Assembly (NCBI GenBank): GCA_016188295.1
Contig: JACPIA010000011.1
Span: 3,993-67,992, forward strand
Origin: Candidatus Vogelbacteria bacterium
Lineage (GTDB): Bacteria; Patescibacteriota; Minisyncoccia; Phycocordibacterales; XYD1-FULL-46-19
DNA: 64,000 bases
Direction: 5' to 3'
Positions within the stretch are counted from its first letter, which is position 1, and every line of letters begins with the position of its first letter. This document shows, one piece after another, positions 8,711 to 18,887 of the stretch. Position numbers and translations under genes: made by a program. Under the pieces are notes generated by a model. That model was not told where the DNA came from, did no database searches, and saw nothing but the letters and a program-made list of their open reading frames with translations.

Positions 8711-9858
8711 TAGATTACTCTGATTTTCAAAAATCGGTGTTTTCCCACTTTTACCACTAAATCAGATTCTAGTTTAAAATCGGGATCGGAAATCACCTCA
8801 TCCGCCAGCCATAATTTAATCGCCTTACTTTCTAATAATCGCCGATATTCCGCTTTAGAACTGACAATCTTATTATTTACTAGTACCTCCATCAATAAAT
8901 CGCCGGTTTTAACCTCTATTTCGGTCAGCTCTTTCGCTACTCCTTTGGTTTGAAATAGATTAACAAACTGCTCTTCCGCTTTTTTAGCCGCACTTTCGTC
9001 CCAAATTAAAGTCACGATTTCTCGAGCTAAACGCATTTTAGCATCACGCGGATGATCAGTTAAAATAGTAGCAATCTCTCCTTCGGCTACCCGAGTACAC
9101 AACTCAAAAGCCAGTGGCATCATCTCGTCAGACCAACTCATTACTTGGCCGTAGATTTGATCTGGCGCATCATTCAAAGCCACTATATTACCCTCACTTT
9201 TACTCATTTTTTTACCAGAGGGATCGGTTAATAATTTAAGAGTAAGGACTAATTTTTCCTTACCGCGATTTTTTTCCAGAGTCCGACCGATTAACATATT
9301 AAAAGTTTGATCATTACCACCCACCTCCATGTCAGTATTTAAAACTACCGAGTCATAACCTTGTAATATTGGGTAAATAAATTCGTGTAAGTAAATCGGT
9401 TGACCAGTGGCTAAACGTTTAACAAACATATCGCGCTCCAACAATTGTCCAGTGGTAACTTCAGTGGCTAAATTAATAAATGCTGTCAGTGTCATCTCAG
9501 CTAGCCAACTACTGTTGTAAACAAACTTTGTTTTAGTCAAATCCAAGATCCGACCAATTTGTTCTTTGTATCCTTCACAATTAGCCAACACCTCTTCTTT
9601 GGTTAAATTCTGACGCGTGGCATTTTTGTCCGTCGGATCACCAATCATCGCGGTAAAATCACCAATTAAAATAGTAATTTTATGTCCTGCTACCTGTAAG
9701 TCACGTAATTTTAATAAAATAGATAAATGGCCAATATGGAGAGTACGGCCAGTTGGATCAATACCATGATAAATTTCAAGCGGACCATTCACTAGTCGCT
9801 CATTAAAAGCTGTCTCATTAGGGTACAATTTCTCGACTCCGCGACTTAGTAGTGACAT
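8710..9858 (-). CDS. tyrS: Tyrosine--tRNA ligase
   Basis: GIDPT..LHIGH, IGDPT, YPILQGYD, GGNDQTFN, KMSKS, C-terminal S4-like domain. Confidence 0.97.
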   Translation of the reverse strand: MSLLSRGVEKLYPNETAFNERLVNGPLEIYHGIDPTGRTLHIGHLSILLKLRDLQVAGHKITILIGDFTAMIGDPTDKNATRQNLTKEEVLANCEGYKEQIGRILDLTKTKFVYNSSWLAEMTLTAFINLATEVTTGQLLERDMFVKRLATGQPIYLHEFIYPILQGYDSVVLNTDMEVGGNDQTFNMLIGRTLEKNRGKEKLVLTLKLLTDPSGKKMSKSEGNIVALNDAPDQIYGQVMSWSDEMMPLAFELCTRVAEGEIATILTDHPRDAKMRLAREIVTLIWDESAAKKAEEQFVNLFQTKGVAKELTEIEVKTGDLLMEVLVNNKIVSSKAEYRRLLESKAIKLWLADEVISDPDFKLESDLVVKVGKHRFLKIRVI

Positions 9859-9915
9859 AATTACTTACTGTACCACACTAAAAGCCATCTTCAAAATATG
9901 TTAGTATGAGACAGC

Positions 9916-12417
9916 ATGTTTAAACGTTTTAGTTTAAAGGAGAAAATAGCTACTTTGGTTAGTATCGCCCTTTTTAGCGGTGGTGCTTTATTTATTTGGG
10001 CCAGCACCCTCCCTTTACCTGATTTTAATAATTTTTTTGAGGAGCGGACTGTTAACCAATCAACTAAGATTTACGACCGAACCGGCACAGTCTTGCTTTA
10101 CGACATCCACGGTGATGTTAAGCGCCGAGTGGTCCCTTTTGATCAAATAGCTCCGGCGATCAAACAAGCAACCATTGCGATCGAAGACGACCAATTTTAT
10201 CAACATATCGGCATTAGGCCACTCTCGATTATCCGCGCTTTAATTGCTGATTTGGCTTCCGGTTCACTCCACCAAGGTGGTTCGACTATTACTCAACAAG
10301 TAGTTAAAAATACCTTATTGGTCCAAGATAAGCGGTGGTCGCGTAAAATTAAAGAGTTGATTTTATCGCTCAAACTAGAACGCTCAATGAGCAAAGATGA
10401 TATTTTATCTTTGTATTTAAATGAAAGCCCGTATGGCGGTAATATTTACGGCGTTGAGGAAGCGGTTCAAAATTTTTTTAAAAAAAAAGCTAGTGAAGTT
10501 ACTTTAACCGAAGCGGCTTATTTAGCGGCCTTACCTCAAGCCCCTACCTATTACTCCCCATTTGGTAATAATTTTGATAAATTAGAAGCTCGAAAAAATA
10601 TTGTTTTAAAAAGAATGAAGGATTTAGGTTATATCACTATTGAGCAATATAACCAAGCGTTGACTGAAAAAGTAAAATTTAATCAGCCGGAAGAAAAAGG
10701 GATCAAAGCACCTCATTTTGTTTTTTACATTAAAGCTTATTTAGAGGAGAAATATGGCCAAGAAGCGGTTGAGAATCAAGGTTTTAAAGTCATCACCACC
10801 CTTGATTGGGACTTACAAAAAAAAGCTGATGCGGTGGTGGCTAAATATGGTGCCGAGAATGCTCAAAAATATAACGCCAAAAACGCCGGTTTGGTGGCAA
10901 TTGACCCCCGCTCGGGCCAAATTTTAACTATGGTTGGTTCCCGTGATTATTTTGATACTGCTAATCAAGGCAACTTTAACACTGTTCTAGCTCATCGCCA
11001 GCCTGGTTCCGCTTTTAAGCCTTTTGTTTACGCCACCGCCCTGATCAAAGGCTATACTCCTAATACTGTGGTATTTGATTTACCAACTGAATTTAACACC
11101 GGCTGTACCCCCGATGGTTTACCAGCTAGCTCCAATATTAAACCTGAGGAGTGTTATATGCCGGTTAACTATGATAATACTTACCTGGGACCAATTAGCT
11201 TCCGTGATGCTCTAGCTCAATCGCGAAACATCCCTGCTGTTAAAGTACTTTATTTAGCGGGAATTAAAGCTTCGATTAAAACCGCTCAGGCGATGGGAAT
11301 TACTAGTCTTACGGATCCTAGTCGTTATGGCTTAACTTTAGTTTTGGGTGGTGGCGAAGTTACCCCTCTAGAATTAACTAGTGCTTATGGTGTTTTTGCT
11401 AATAATGGCGTCCGTTACCCTCCTGCTGGAATCTTAAAAATCGAAGATTTAAATGGTCAAGTTTTAGAAGAATACCAAGAAAAACCGCAGACTGTAATAT
11501 CCTCGGATATTACCAGCCAAATTTCCAGTATTTTATCTGATAATGTCGCCCGAACACCAGCTTTTAGTGCTACCTCTCCAATGTATTTCCCTGGTCGAGA
11601 AGTAGCCGCTAAAACCGGTACTACTAACGACTACAAAGATGCTTGGATTGTTGGTTACACCCCCAGTATCGCGGTTGGTGCATGGGTAGGTAATAATGAT
11701 AATAGTCCAATGGAGAAAAAAGTGGCTGGTTTTATTGTGGCTCCAATGTGGAACGAATTTATGAATTTTTATTTAGCGGGAGCACCCAACGAAACCTTTC
11801 CCATTCCACCCAAAATCAATACTAAATTAAAGCCGGTTTTGCGTGGTATTTGGCAAGGTAATCAAATTTACACTATCGATAGTGTCTCTAAACAATTAGC
11901 CACCCCAGATACCCCAGAAGCTGCCAGACAAGATTTAGCTGTTTATAATATACATTCCATCTTGTATTGGGTTAATAAAAATGATCCAACTGGTCCAGTG
12001 CCAAGTAACCCTAGTAATGATCCTCAATTTAATTTATGGGAGACGCCAGTACGCCGTTTTGTAGCCAAACAAGGTATTAAAGAAAATGAAACCAGTTTTA
12101 TTCCTACTAAATATGATCCAATTCATAAACCAGGAATTGGACCTAAATTAACTATTATTTCTCCGACCCCTAACTCGACTATTCCAATCACTGATACTTT
12201 ACTAGTTAATCTACAAATTGAATCATTATTTCCCATCCAAGAAACGATTATCTATATTAATAACCAATTAGTAGTCAGTAATAAAACTAGTCTGACTTAT
12301 TTTGCAATTCCACTTCACTCAATTACCACCACTAAAACTAATCAATTAAGAGTGGTAGTTAGTGATAGTATTAAAAATCAAACCGAACAAATAGTGGAAT
12401 TTAATTTAAATGAGTAG
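9916..12417 (-). other. No feature on this strand; see the plus-strand class A PBP entry for this interval
   Basis: No credible minus-strand ORF overlaps this interval. Confidence 0.05.
9916..12417 (+). CDS. Class A penicillin-binding protein (transglycosylase/transpeptidase) with C-terminal Ig-like domain
   Basis: EDDQFYQH, GGSTITQQ, RKIKE, LYLN (GT51); SAFK, SRN, KTGT (transpeptidase). Confidence 0.96.
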   Translation: MFKRFSLKEKIATLVSIALFSGGALFIWASTLPLPDFNNFFEERTVNQSTKIYDRTGTVLLYDIHGDVKRRVVPFDQIAPAIKQATIAIEDDQFYQHIGIRPLSIIRALIADLASGSLHQGGSTITQQVVKNTLLVQDKRWSRKIKELILSLKLERSMSKDDILSLYLNESPYGGNIYGVEEAVQNFFKKKASEVTLTEAAYLAALPQAPTYYSPFGNNFDKLEARKNIVLKRMKDLGYITIEQYNQALTEKVKFNQPEEKGIKAPHFVFYIKAYLEEKYGQEAVENQGFKVITTLDWDLQKKADAVVAKYGAENAQKYNAKNAGLVAIDPRSGQILTMVGSRDYFDTANQGNFNTVLAHRQPGSAFKPFVYATALIKGYTPNTVVFDLPTEFNTGCTPDGLPASSNIKPEECYMPVNYDNTYLGPISFRDALAQSRNIPAVKVLYLAGIKASIKTAQAMGITSLTDPSRYGLTLVLGGGEVTPLELTSAYGVFANNGVRYPPAGILKIEDLNGQVLEEYQEKPQTVISSDITSQISSILSDNVARTPAFSATSPMYFPGREVAAKTGTTNDYKDAWIVGYTPSIAVGAWVGNNDNSPMEKKVAGFIVAPMWNEFMNFYLAGAPNETFPIPPKINTKLKPVLRGIWQGNQIYTIDSVSKQLATPDTPEAARQDLAVYNIHSILYWVNKNDPTGPVPSNPSNDPQFNLWETPVRRFVAKQGIKENETSFIPTKYDPIHKPGIGPKLTIISPTPNSTIPITDTLLVNLQIESLFPIQETIIYINNQLVVSNKTSLTYFAIPLHSITTTKTNQLRVVVSDSIKNQTEQIVEFNLNE

Positions 12418-12418
12418 T

Positions 12419-12679
12419 TTATTTAATATTAATTATTTTTATTTTAGTTTGTTGTTGATTAATAAAATTTAATAATTTTTGTTTATTAATTATTAAATCA
12501 CTTTTAAACACTGGGTTAAGTTTAATAAATAACACTTTATTTTGTAAAGAAATATTCTTAGTTAAGATTAATTCTTTATATTTTATAAAAATAAACTTTA
12601 TCACCAACTCTTTCACCATCCGTTCAGGATTTGTAAATTTATCTAATAAACCCAATAAACTACTTATTTTTTTAATAAT
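12419..12679 (-). CDS. DciA/DUF721-like protein; start uncertain (ATT 12679 or TTG 12655)
   Basis: Directly downstream of dnaN; pattern ISLQNKVLFIKLNPVFKSDLIINKQKLL resembles the DciA KH-like domain. Confidence 0.55.
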   Translation of the reverse strand: MIKKISSLLGLLDKFTNPERMVKELVIKFIFIKYKELILTKNISLQNKVLFIKLNPVFKSDLIINKQKLLNFINQQQTKIKIINIK

Positions 12680-12680
12680 T

Positions 12681-13781
12681 TTAACGATTAACCGGCATTA
12701 CTAAATATTTAAACAACTTATTACCCACTCCTGAAATTAATAATGGTTTATTAACACCTGATGATTTAAGTTCTATCCGCTCAGCATCTAAAGAATTAAA
12801 AGACTCAGTTAAATATCGCGCATTTACTTTTACCTCTATCTCCTCTCCATTAGATTCATTATTAATTGAAGTGGTAGTTTGGCCGATATCTTGATTAATC
12901 GCTGACACTTCACATATTTTATTTTTAGGATTAATTAATAAATTAACATGATGAAATTTGTCAGCAAAAATTGTCGATACTTTAAGTGCTTCTGTTAACT
13001 CTAATTGAGAAATTAAAACGGTGGTTGAAAAGTTTTTTGGTATAATCTGACGATAGTCTGGGTATACCCCATCAATAATCCTTGAGGTAATTAAAAAACT
13101 AGAGTGATAAAGAGATAATTGGTTTTTATCAACCTTAATTACTATTTCCCCTTTAGCCCCTTCTATTACTCGACTAATATCATTAACATTTTTAATTGGA
13201 ATAATAATCGATGGTGTTTCATTAATTAAAGTTAAGGGGATTTTTTTCTCCGCTAATCTAAAAGAATCTGTGGAAACAAATACTAAATACTCCCCATCAT
13301 GATATAAATACACACTCGCAATCTCTGGTTTAATATCGGAGGTAGCTGAAGCATAAACTACTGATTTTAAACCAAGTAAAAATAAACTAATTGGTAAGGA
13401 AAAATTCACTCCATCAATCACTTGTGGGATAGTTGGAAAATCATCCGGTAAAAATCCTTTAATTTTAGAGTGGTGATTAAAAGTATCCACCAACACTATC
13501 CCATCCTTTAATTCAAAAGTAATAATCTCTGTTGGTGGAATAGTCCCTAATACTCCCGCAATTAATTGAGCTGGTAAACAAATTGAACCATTTTTACTAT
13601 CAAATACTGTTAAATAAAATTCCACTCCTACTTCCAAATTAGTTACCTTTAAAGTTAGTTTATTATCTTTAATTAAAAAGAAAATCGTATTAAGTATCGG
13701 TAAGGAAGAATTTTTACCAGCAATTTTTTCAATCAGTAAAATAATATTTTTTATTTCTTTGTAATTACAGGAGAATTTCAT
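12681..13781 (-). CDS. dnaN: DNA polymerase III beta clamp
   Basis: LPIL, TNLE, DFPTIP, STDSFRL, YPDYRQIIP, LVMP; 366 aa; adjacent to dnaA. Confidence 0.97.
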   Translation of the reverse strand: MKFSCNYKEIKNIILLIEKIAGKNSSLPILNTIFFLIKDNKLTLKVTNLEVGVEFYLTVFDSKNGSICLPAQLIAGVLGTIPPTEIITFELKDGIVLVDTFNHHSKIKGFLPDDFPTIPQVIDGVNFSLPISLFLLGLKSVVYASATSDIKPEIASVYLYHDGEYLVFVSTDSFRLAEKKIPLTLINETPSIIIPIKNVNDISRVIEGAKGEIVIKVDKNQLSLYHSSFLITSRIIDGVYPDYRQIIPKNFSTTVLISQLELTEALKVSTIFADKFHHVNLLINPKNKICEVSAINQDIGQTTTSINNESNGEEIEVKVNARYLTESFNSLDAERIELKSSGVNKPLLISGVGNKLFKYLVMPVNR

Positions 13782-13967
13782 AGTTATATTTTATATTTAA
13801 GATTTGTTATTACTATTATACTTGGGGAAAAGTGGATAACCCTTAAAAATACTTTTAAAACATAAGTTTTTATTTAAATTAATTGTGGATAATTTTAAAT
13901 AATTTTCCCCAGAAAAAATATTTTCTAAAAATAAATTAAAAATAATCATAAAGTTATCAATATAATA
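13782..13967. promoter_or_regulatory. oriC candidate (dnaA-dnaN intergenic)
   Basis: Perfect DnaA box TGTGGATAA 13884-13892, near-matches at 13823, 13831, 13903 and 13954; very AT-rich. Confidence 0.8.
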
Positions 13968-15338
13968 TTAAGAGTTATACAGTAATATCCGAATCTGATT
14001 TAACTCTTGGTTTAATAAAGAATTATTTTTAATATCGTTTTTAATCTTTTCATACGCGTGGATTACAGTGGTGTGATCACGACCACCTAATTTTTGACCA
14101 ATATAAGGGTAAGAAGTGTTAAAATCCTCACGTAAAATATACATAATTACTTGACGAGGTTTAACTACTTCTTTACGTCTAGTTTTTTCATATAACATTT
14201 TTTCATCAATATTATAAAAATCAGCAATGATCTTCATCACTTCTTTAATTGAAACTGATTTTTGGGGTTTAATTGAGTTTTTAACAATCACTTTAACTTC
14301 ATTTAAGGTTAAATCCCGTTTTTTAGCTTGTGATTGAATAATAATCGAGTTAAGAGCCCCCTCTAACTCTCGGATATTATCTTGGACAACAGAAGCTAAA
14401 TACTCAATTACCTCATCGATTGGGGTAAAACCCGTTAAAACCTTTATTTTTGAACGTAAAATAGCTAAACGTGACTCAAAATCCGGACGCGAAACATCGA
14501 CCACCATCCCCCCTTCAAAACGGGAGCGCAACCGATCTTCCAGATTAGGAATTTGTTTTGGTGGTTTATCAGAGGAAAAGATAATTTGTTTATTATTTTC
14601 ATAAAAACTATTAAATAAATGAAATAATTCTTCTTGGATCTTTTCTTTACCAGCTAAAAACTGGATGTCATCCATGATTAATAAGTCGTATTTACGATAT
14701 TTTTCTTTAAATAAGTTACCGCGATTATTTTGGAGACAACTCACAAAATCAATTAAAAAAGTCTCAGAGGTAATATAGTAAATCTTTTTTTGATCACTCA
14801 TTTTTCGGATTTGATTACCAACCGCTTGCATTAAGTGGGTTTTTCCTAATCCGGTATGACCGTAAATAAATAAAGGATTGTAATTATTACCGCCGGGATT
14901 TTTAATAATCGCTTGTGCGGCCGCACAAGCGATCTCGTTAAACGGACCAATTACTAAACTATCAAAGGTATATTTGGGGTTTAAATTACTCTCCTTGTTG
15001 ATGTAGAGCTCATTAAGGCCTAGTCCTTCATTAAAAGGGGATGTTTTGTTATAAGAGGAGTGGATTAGTCGTGGTTTATCGTCGTTTTTAGTAATCATAT
15101 ACTCAACCATTCTCACTGATGAGTAATTAGTCCGTAACGACTTAAGTATTATTTTATGATATTTATTAATTAACCAATCCCGAACAAAAGTATTGGGGAC
15201 ACTTAAGTAGATTGTCCCAGCACCATCTTGTTTAGCAATATAGGTGTTTTTAAACCAAGTGCCAAAATTTGCTTTAGAAACCTCTTGCTCAATCACCAAT
15301 AATGATTTTGACCATAAGGTATCGTTATCTGGATTCAT
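13968..15338 (-). CDS. dnaA: Chromosomal replication initiator DnaA
   Basis: NPKYTF, YNPLFIYG..GLGKTHL, DDIQF, RLRSRFEGG, IRELEGAL, GGRDHTTV; ATG 15338 follows TATAAT. Confidence 0.98.
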   Translation of the reverse strand: MNPDNDTLWSKSLLVIEQEVSKANFGTWFKNTYIAKQDGAGTIYLSVPNTFVRDWLINKYHKIILKSLRTNYSSVRMVEYMITKNDDKPRLIHSSYNKTSPFNEGLGLNELYINKESNLNPKYTFDSLVIGPFNEIACAAAQAIIKNPGGNNYNPLFIYGHTGLGKTHLMQAVGNQIRKMSDQKKIYYITSETFLIDFVSCLQNNRGNLFKEKYRKYDLLIMDDIQFLAGKEKIQEELFHLFNSFYENNKQIIFSSDKPPKQIPNLEDRLRSRFEGGMVVDVSRPDFESRLAILRSKIKVLTGFTPIDEVIEYLASVVQDNIRELEGALNSIIIQSQAKKRDLTLNEVKVIVKNSIKPQKSVSIKEVMKIIADFYNIDEKMLYEKTRRKEVVKPRQVIMYILREDFNTSYPYIGQKLGGRDHTTVIHAYEKIKNDIKNNSLLNQELNQIRILLYNS

Positions 15339-15388
15339 GATGCCCTGATTATAACGACAAGCTTTAGTCAATACAAACATTACAGATC

Positions 15389-15458
15389 TGTTAATAAAAA
15401 GTGGATAATTGGGTATAACTAGTAAAACTATTGAATTATTATTTTAGCTGTGTATAAT
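15389..15458. promoter_or_regulatory. DnaA boxes and divergent dnaA/rpmH promoter region
   Basis: AGTGGATAA, TGGGTATAA and TGTGTATAA boxes; TTGAAT-16-TATAAT (15431-15458) ahead of rpmH. Confidence 0.75.
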
Positions 15459-15468
15459 CAGATCTAGT

Positions 15469-15603
15469 ATGTCTATTACCTACCAACCCAAGAAGCGTAA
15501 ACGTAAAACTACCCACGGTTTTTTAGTTCGGTCTAAAAGTAAAACTGGTAAACAGGTTTTACTTCGTCGTCGCCGTAAGGGTCGAGTTAAGTTAACGGTG
15601 TAA
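15469..15603 (+). CDS. rpmH: 50S ribosomal protein L34 (not in ORF track)
   Basis: [44 protein letters not shown]. Confidence 0.97.
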   Translation: MSITYQPKKRKRKTTHGFLVRSKSKTGKQVLLRRRRKGRVKLTV

Positions 15604-15605
15604 TT

Positions 15606-15947
15606 ATGGCCCAGTTAGGCCGTCTTTCTCGCGAGTTGATTACACAAGTACTATCTCAAGGGGTCTCAGTTAGATCACCTTATTTTTTAGTCAAAATCGC
15701 TAAATTGAATCAATTATTACCTAATACTACTGGTTTGGCGGTAATAGTACCAGCTAAGGTGTTTAAACAAGCGGTAGTCCGTAATCGGGTTAAACGACAA
15801 ATCAGAGGCTGTTTAATTAAATTAAAAAGTAAGTTAAAGCCTGGTTATGGAACAGTGTTTTTTGGCCAAGTTGGTATAATTAAAGTGTCTCCTTCAGTAT
15901 TATTTAAGGAAATAACTAAAGCTCTACATGATCTCATCACTCTTTAA
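15606..15947 (+). CDS. rnpA: Ribonuclease P protein component
   Basis: AVVRNRVKRQIR (RNR motif); rpmH-rnpA-yidC synteny. Confidence 0.92.
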   Translation: MAQLGRLSRELITQVLSQGVSVRSPYFLVKIAKLNQLLPNTTGLAVIVPAKVFKQAVVRNRVKRQIRGCLIKLKSKLKPGYGTVFFGQVGIIKVSPSVLFKEITKALHDLITL

Positions 15948-16638
15948 TAGTCTTTTGGTTACTCCGTTTTATAATATATTAATTATTTTGACGGGCATAA
16001 TCCCAGGGGCGGATATTGGAGTAGCGATCGTTATTTTAACTATTTTAGTTAAAATTCTTCTTTTGCCGTTATATCAACAATCACTTAAAACTCAAAAAGC
16101 TTTAAAGAAGATTGAGCCGGAATTAACTCAAATCAAAGAGAAATATAAAGACAATAAAGTTGAGCAAACTCGTTTAATTTTAGAGTTATACCAAAAATAC
16201 CAAATTCATCCCCTTTCTAGTGTCTTAATGGTTTTTATCCAAATACCGATTATTTTAGCTTTGTTTTTTGTCTTTCGTGATAGTTTGACGACCACTGGAC
16301 ACACTCTTTACTTTTTTGTGATTAAACCGGAGATTATCAGTACTCACTTTTTAGGTCTAATTGATATCACCACTAAAAGTGTATGGTTTGCCGGTTTAAC
16401 CGCTTTAACCCAAGGGATTTATTTATGGCAAACAGTCCCTAAGCCAGAAAAAAAGGAGTTAGGTCAATCATGGCAAAAAGACTTTCAACACGGGATGTCG
16501 CTCCAAATGCGCTATGGCGCGCCAGTTTTAATCTTTTTTGTTAGTTGGGGTTTTCCAATCGCTGTTTCACTTTACTGGATTACTAGTAATATATTTGCCT
16601 CCGGTTTTGAGTTGATTAAAAAACAGTTTGAAGATTAG
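15928..16638 (+). CDS. yidC: Membrane protein insertase YidC/Oxa1
   Basis: VKILLLPL, IQIPI, LYWITSN; several TM segments. Confidence 0.93.
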   Translation: MISSLFNSLLVTPFYNILIILTGIIPGADIGVAIVILTILVKILLLPLYQQSLKTQKALKKIEPELTQIKEKYKDNKVEQTRLILELYQKYQIHPLSSVLMVFIQIPIILALFFVFRDSLTTTGHTLYFFVIKPEIISTHFLGLIDITTKSVWFAGLTALTQGIYLWQTVPKPEKKELGQSWQKDFQHGMSLQMRYGAPVLIFFVSWGFPIAVSLYWITSNIFASGFELIKKQFED

Positions 16639-17851
16639 CTCGCCATAATTTAGCATCGGATTTATTGATAAAATAAAGATATTTTTTACTTTGATCTAGG
16701 AAGGGGCTAATGCCATCAATAGTCAAGTTTAGACTGGTCGGATTAATTAAAATATCACTGTTACCGCTAGTAATATTTATAGCTTGCAGATTGTCACTAA
16801 AGGTAATCAAGCCTTGATACCAGCTCTCAGGGTAGTTGTTGGTTGGAATGATTTGAGGGATAAAACACCAAATAGTATCTCCTTTAGGCCAAAAACATTT
16901 CTCGGGTAAGGTGATACTCGCTAAAACCACTACTTGTTTGGTTACTAAATTAAATAAATAAGTGGAAATAGAGCCAAAACGAGCGGTATTGTAAATAAAA
17001 CGTTCACCATTAAGCTCAGGACTTAAACTAATACCCGTTGAATTACCGACTAAACGCTCAAGGGTTTTAGTTTTTAAATTTAGACTATAAACCACACTCG
17101 GCATTGAGGAATCTGCTTTGGTCGCTAAGTACAAATTATCAACACTACCCCACCAGACGCGCCAGTCCGGGTAATTTGAGGTCCAAACTAGGGCGCGGCT
17201 GGTACCATCGGGTTTGCTAACATAACCAGCCACCTTGGTACCATTTTGCTCTAAGCTGAAGATGGTTTTGTGATCAGGAGCAGGTGTAATACTATTGATA
17301 TTATTAGCTAATTTAATTGAATTAGTAGTAGGTTCGGTACTAGTAGCGAATAAATCTTTGTTATTAATAACTACTCGGTACCAACCATTATTAGTTTCTT
17401 GACTAGTTTGAATATAAAAATAAGTGTGGTTGGTATTTTGGGCCCAAGTGGCCGTAATGGCTGGGGCTAAGGTGGCGGCGCTTAAGCGGGTGACCTCGCC
17501 TGTAAGAGGATTTAAACGGTAAATGTGACCGGTGGCGCGCTCAATATAAACAATATTAGAACTGGTGCCGGTGTTAATCCAATCAGCAAAAGCGATTGGT
17601 TCCTTAGTGATAACACTCAAAGCTTGGTCCGGTTGATTATTAGTGTTGCTAAATAAATCACCGGTATCAGTTTGATTCACTACCGAGTCGATAAAATTAG
17701 AGACGGTATTGCCAGCCCGCGGAAAAAAAGTTTGGCTGATGGGTATCGGAGTACCATCAACAGCGATAGTACCAAACCAACCTCTCCCCCACCATAAGAT
17801 GCCTAAAGTGATTAAAAGTGAGATTAAAATAATGATTAGTATTTTTTTCAT
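16616..17851 (-). CDS. Membrane-anchored secreted protein, likely TolB-like beta-propeller
   Basis: N-terminal TM, YIERATGHIY, LPEKCFW..WC, LYFINKSD; last gene of the T4SS-like operon. Confidence 0.6.
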   Translation of the reverse strand: MKKILIIILISLLITLGILWWGRGWFGTIAVDGTPIPISQTFFPRAGNTVSNFIDSVVNQTDTGDLFSNTNNQPDQALSVITKEPIAFADWINTGTSSNIVYIERATGHIYRLNPLTGEVTRLSAATLAPAITATWAQNTNHTYFYIQTSQETNNGWYRVVINNKDLFATSTEPTTNSIKLANNINSITPAPDHKTIFSLEQNGTKVAGYVSKPDGTSRALVWTSNYPDWRVWWGSVDNLYLATKADSSMPSVVYSLNLKTKTLERLVGNSTGISLSPELNGERFIYNTARFGSISTYLFNLVTKQVVVLASITLPEKCFWPKGDTIWCFIPQIIPTNNYPESWYQGLITFSDNLQAINITSGNSDILINPTSLNLTIDGISPFLDQSKKYLYFINKSDAKLWRANLQTVF

Positions 17852-17858
17852 AGACTAA

Positions 17859-18884
17859 CTAAAAATGATTTTTAAAGGAATTAATATCATTTCTAAGGGG
17901 ATTGGTTAGTGCTTCGATATGATAATGAGGGCCACTACCACCATATTGTCCTCGAGTTTCGTCTAATACTGTAATTGAGTCTCTGGAAAAACCATAACGA
18001 TTACGAAAATCAGTTTGATTTAAATTTTGATAATCTTGATAGAATCGGATTCCCGCATCATTGCTCCGAATATCAATTGCATATCCATTATAATGACTAC
18101 TACCTCCGCTATGGCCAGTTACTTCTGATCCGCCAGTAATTACTAATGATTCACTGACTCCATTATTTTGTAGGCCTAAATTTATCCCATTAGCCACCCA
18201 GACCGTTTCATTAGTCCACCCGCCAACACAAGTGGTCGGACAAGGATTGTTGATCATTACTCCATTTGGTCCCAAAACATCACTTCTAATCACACTTTCT
18301 CGCTGGTTGACATCCGTTAGGTTATTAACCTTAGCAACTTGCTCGAATATTTTTTGAGGGACACCAGTAAAATCAGATGTTACCGCATTGATTGGCGTTA
18401 TGGTGTGATTAGGGTCATTGCCATTATTGGTACCGGTGTTGTATCCTAGTCCGCCACTACCGGAACCACCAAAAGTGCCGGTAGTGGCGGGGGTGCGAGT
18501 AATAGTAAAATTAAAATCCAGTAATTTAGGATTGATAGTGTAAAGGAGGGTGTAAGCGCCAATAGCGATCGCCAAGCCCCATAGAGCATTAGTCCACATA
18601 CTCTCAGCCTCGGAGAGGGCACCCGGAGCGTAGCTAACAATGTAATACACCCCACTTAAGACCAACATAAATATTGCCAAACTAACAGCAACCACGAAGG
18701 CCATATTAAATAATTCTTTAGCATAAGTGACAAAATCAATCGCCACATTATTTTCAGTTCGGCCTATTATTTGCGGTTCAAGTAAAATATAGTCGGAGTT
18801 TTGAGCTAAGACGGTTACGCTTTGACTGGTGGTAATAATTAAAACTAGGCTACAGATGACGATTATTAGAAAGTGTTTAGTCAT
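17859..18884 (-). CDS. VirB2/TrbC-like pilin domain fused to a peptidase M15-like (LAS) zinc domain
   Basis: Signal peptide, two TMs ending LLYTINPKLL; C-terminal GH..SSHYNGYAIDIR..GPHYH. Confidence 0.65.
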   Translation of the reverse strand: MTKHFLIIVICSLVLIITTSQSVTVLAQNSDYILLEPQIIGRTENNVAIDFVTYAKELFNMAFVVAVSLAIFMLVLSGVYYIVSYAPGALSEAESMWTNALWGLAIAIGAYTLLYTINPKLLDFNFTITRTPATTGTFGGSGSGGLGYNTGTNNGNDPNHTITPINAVTSDFTGVPQKIFEQVAKVNNLTDVNQRESVIRSDVLGPNGVMINNPCPTTCVGGWTNETVWVANGINLGLQNNGVSESLVITGGSEVTGHSGGSSHYNGYAIDIRSNDAGIRFYQDYQNLNQTDFRNRYGFSRDSITVLDETRGQYGGSGPHYHIEALTNPLRNDINSFKNHF

Positions 18885-18887
18885 AGT

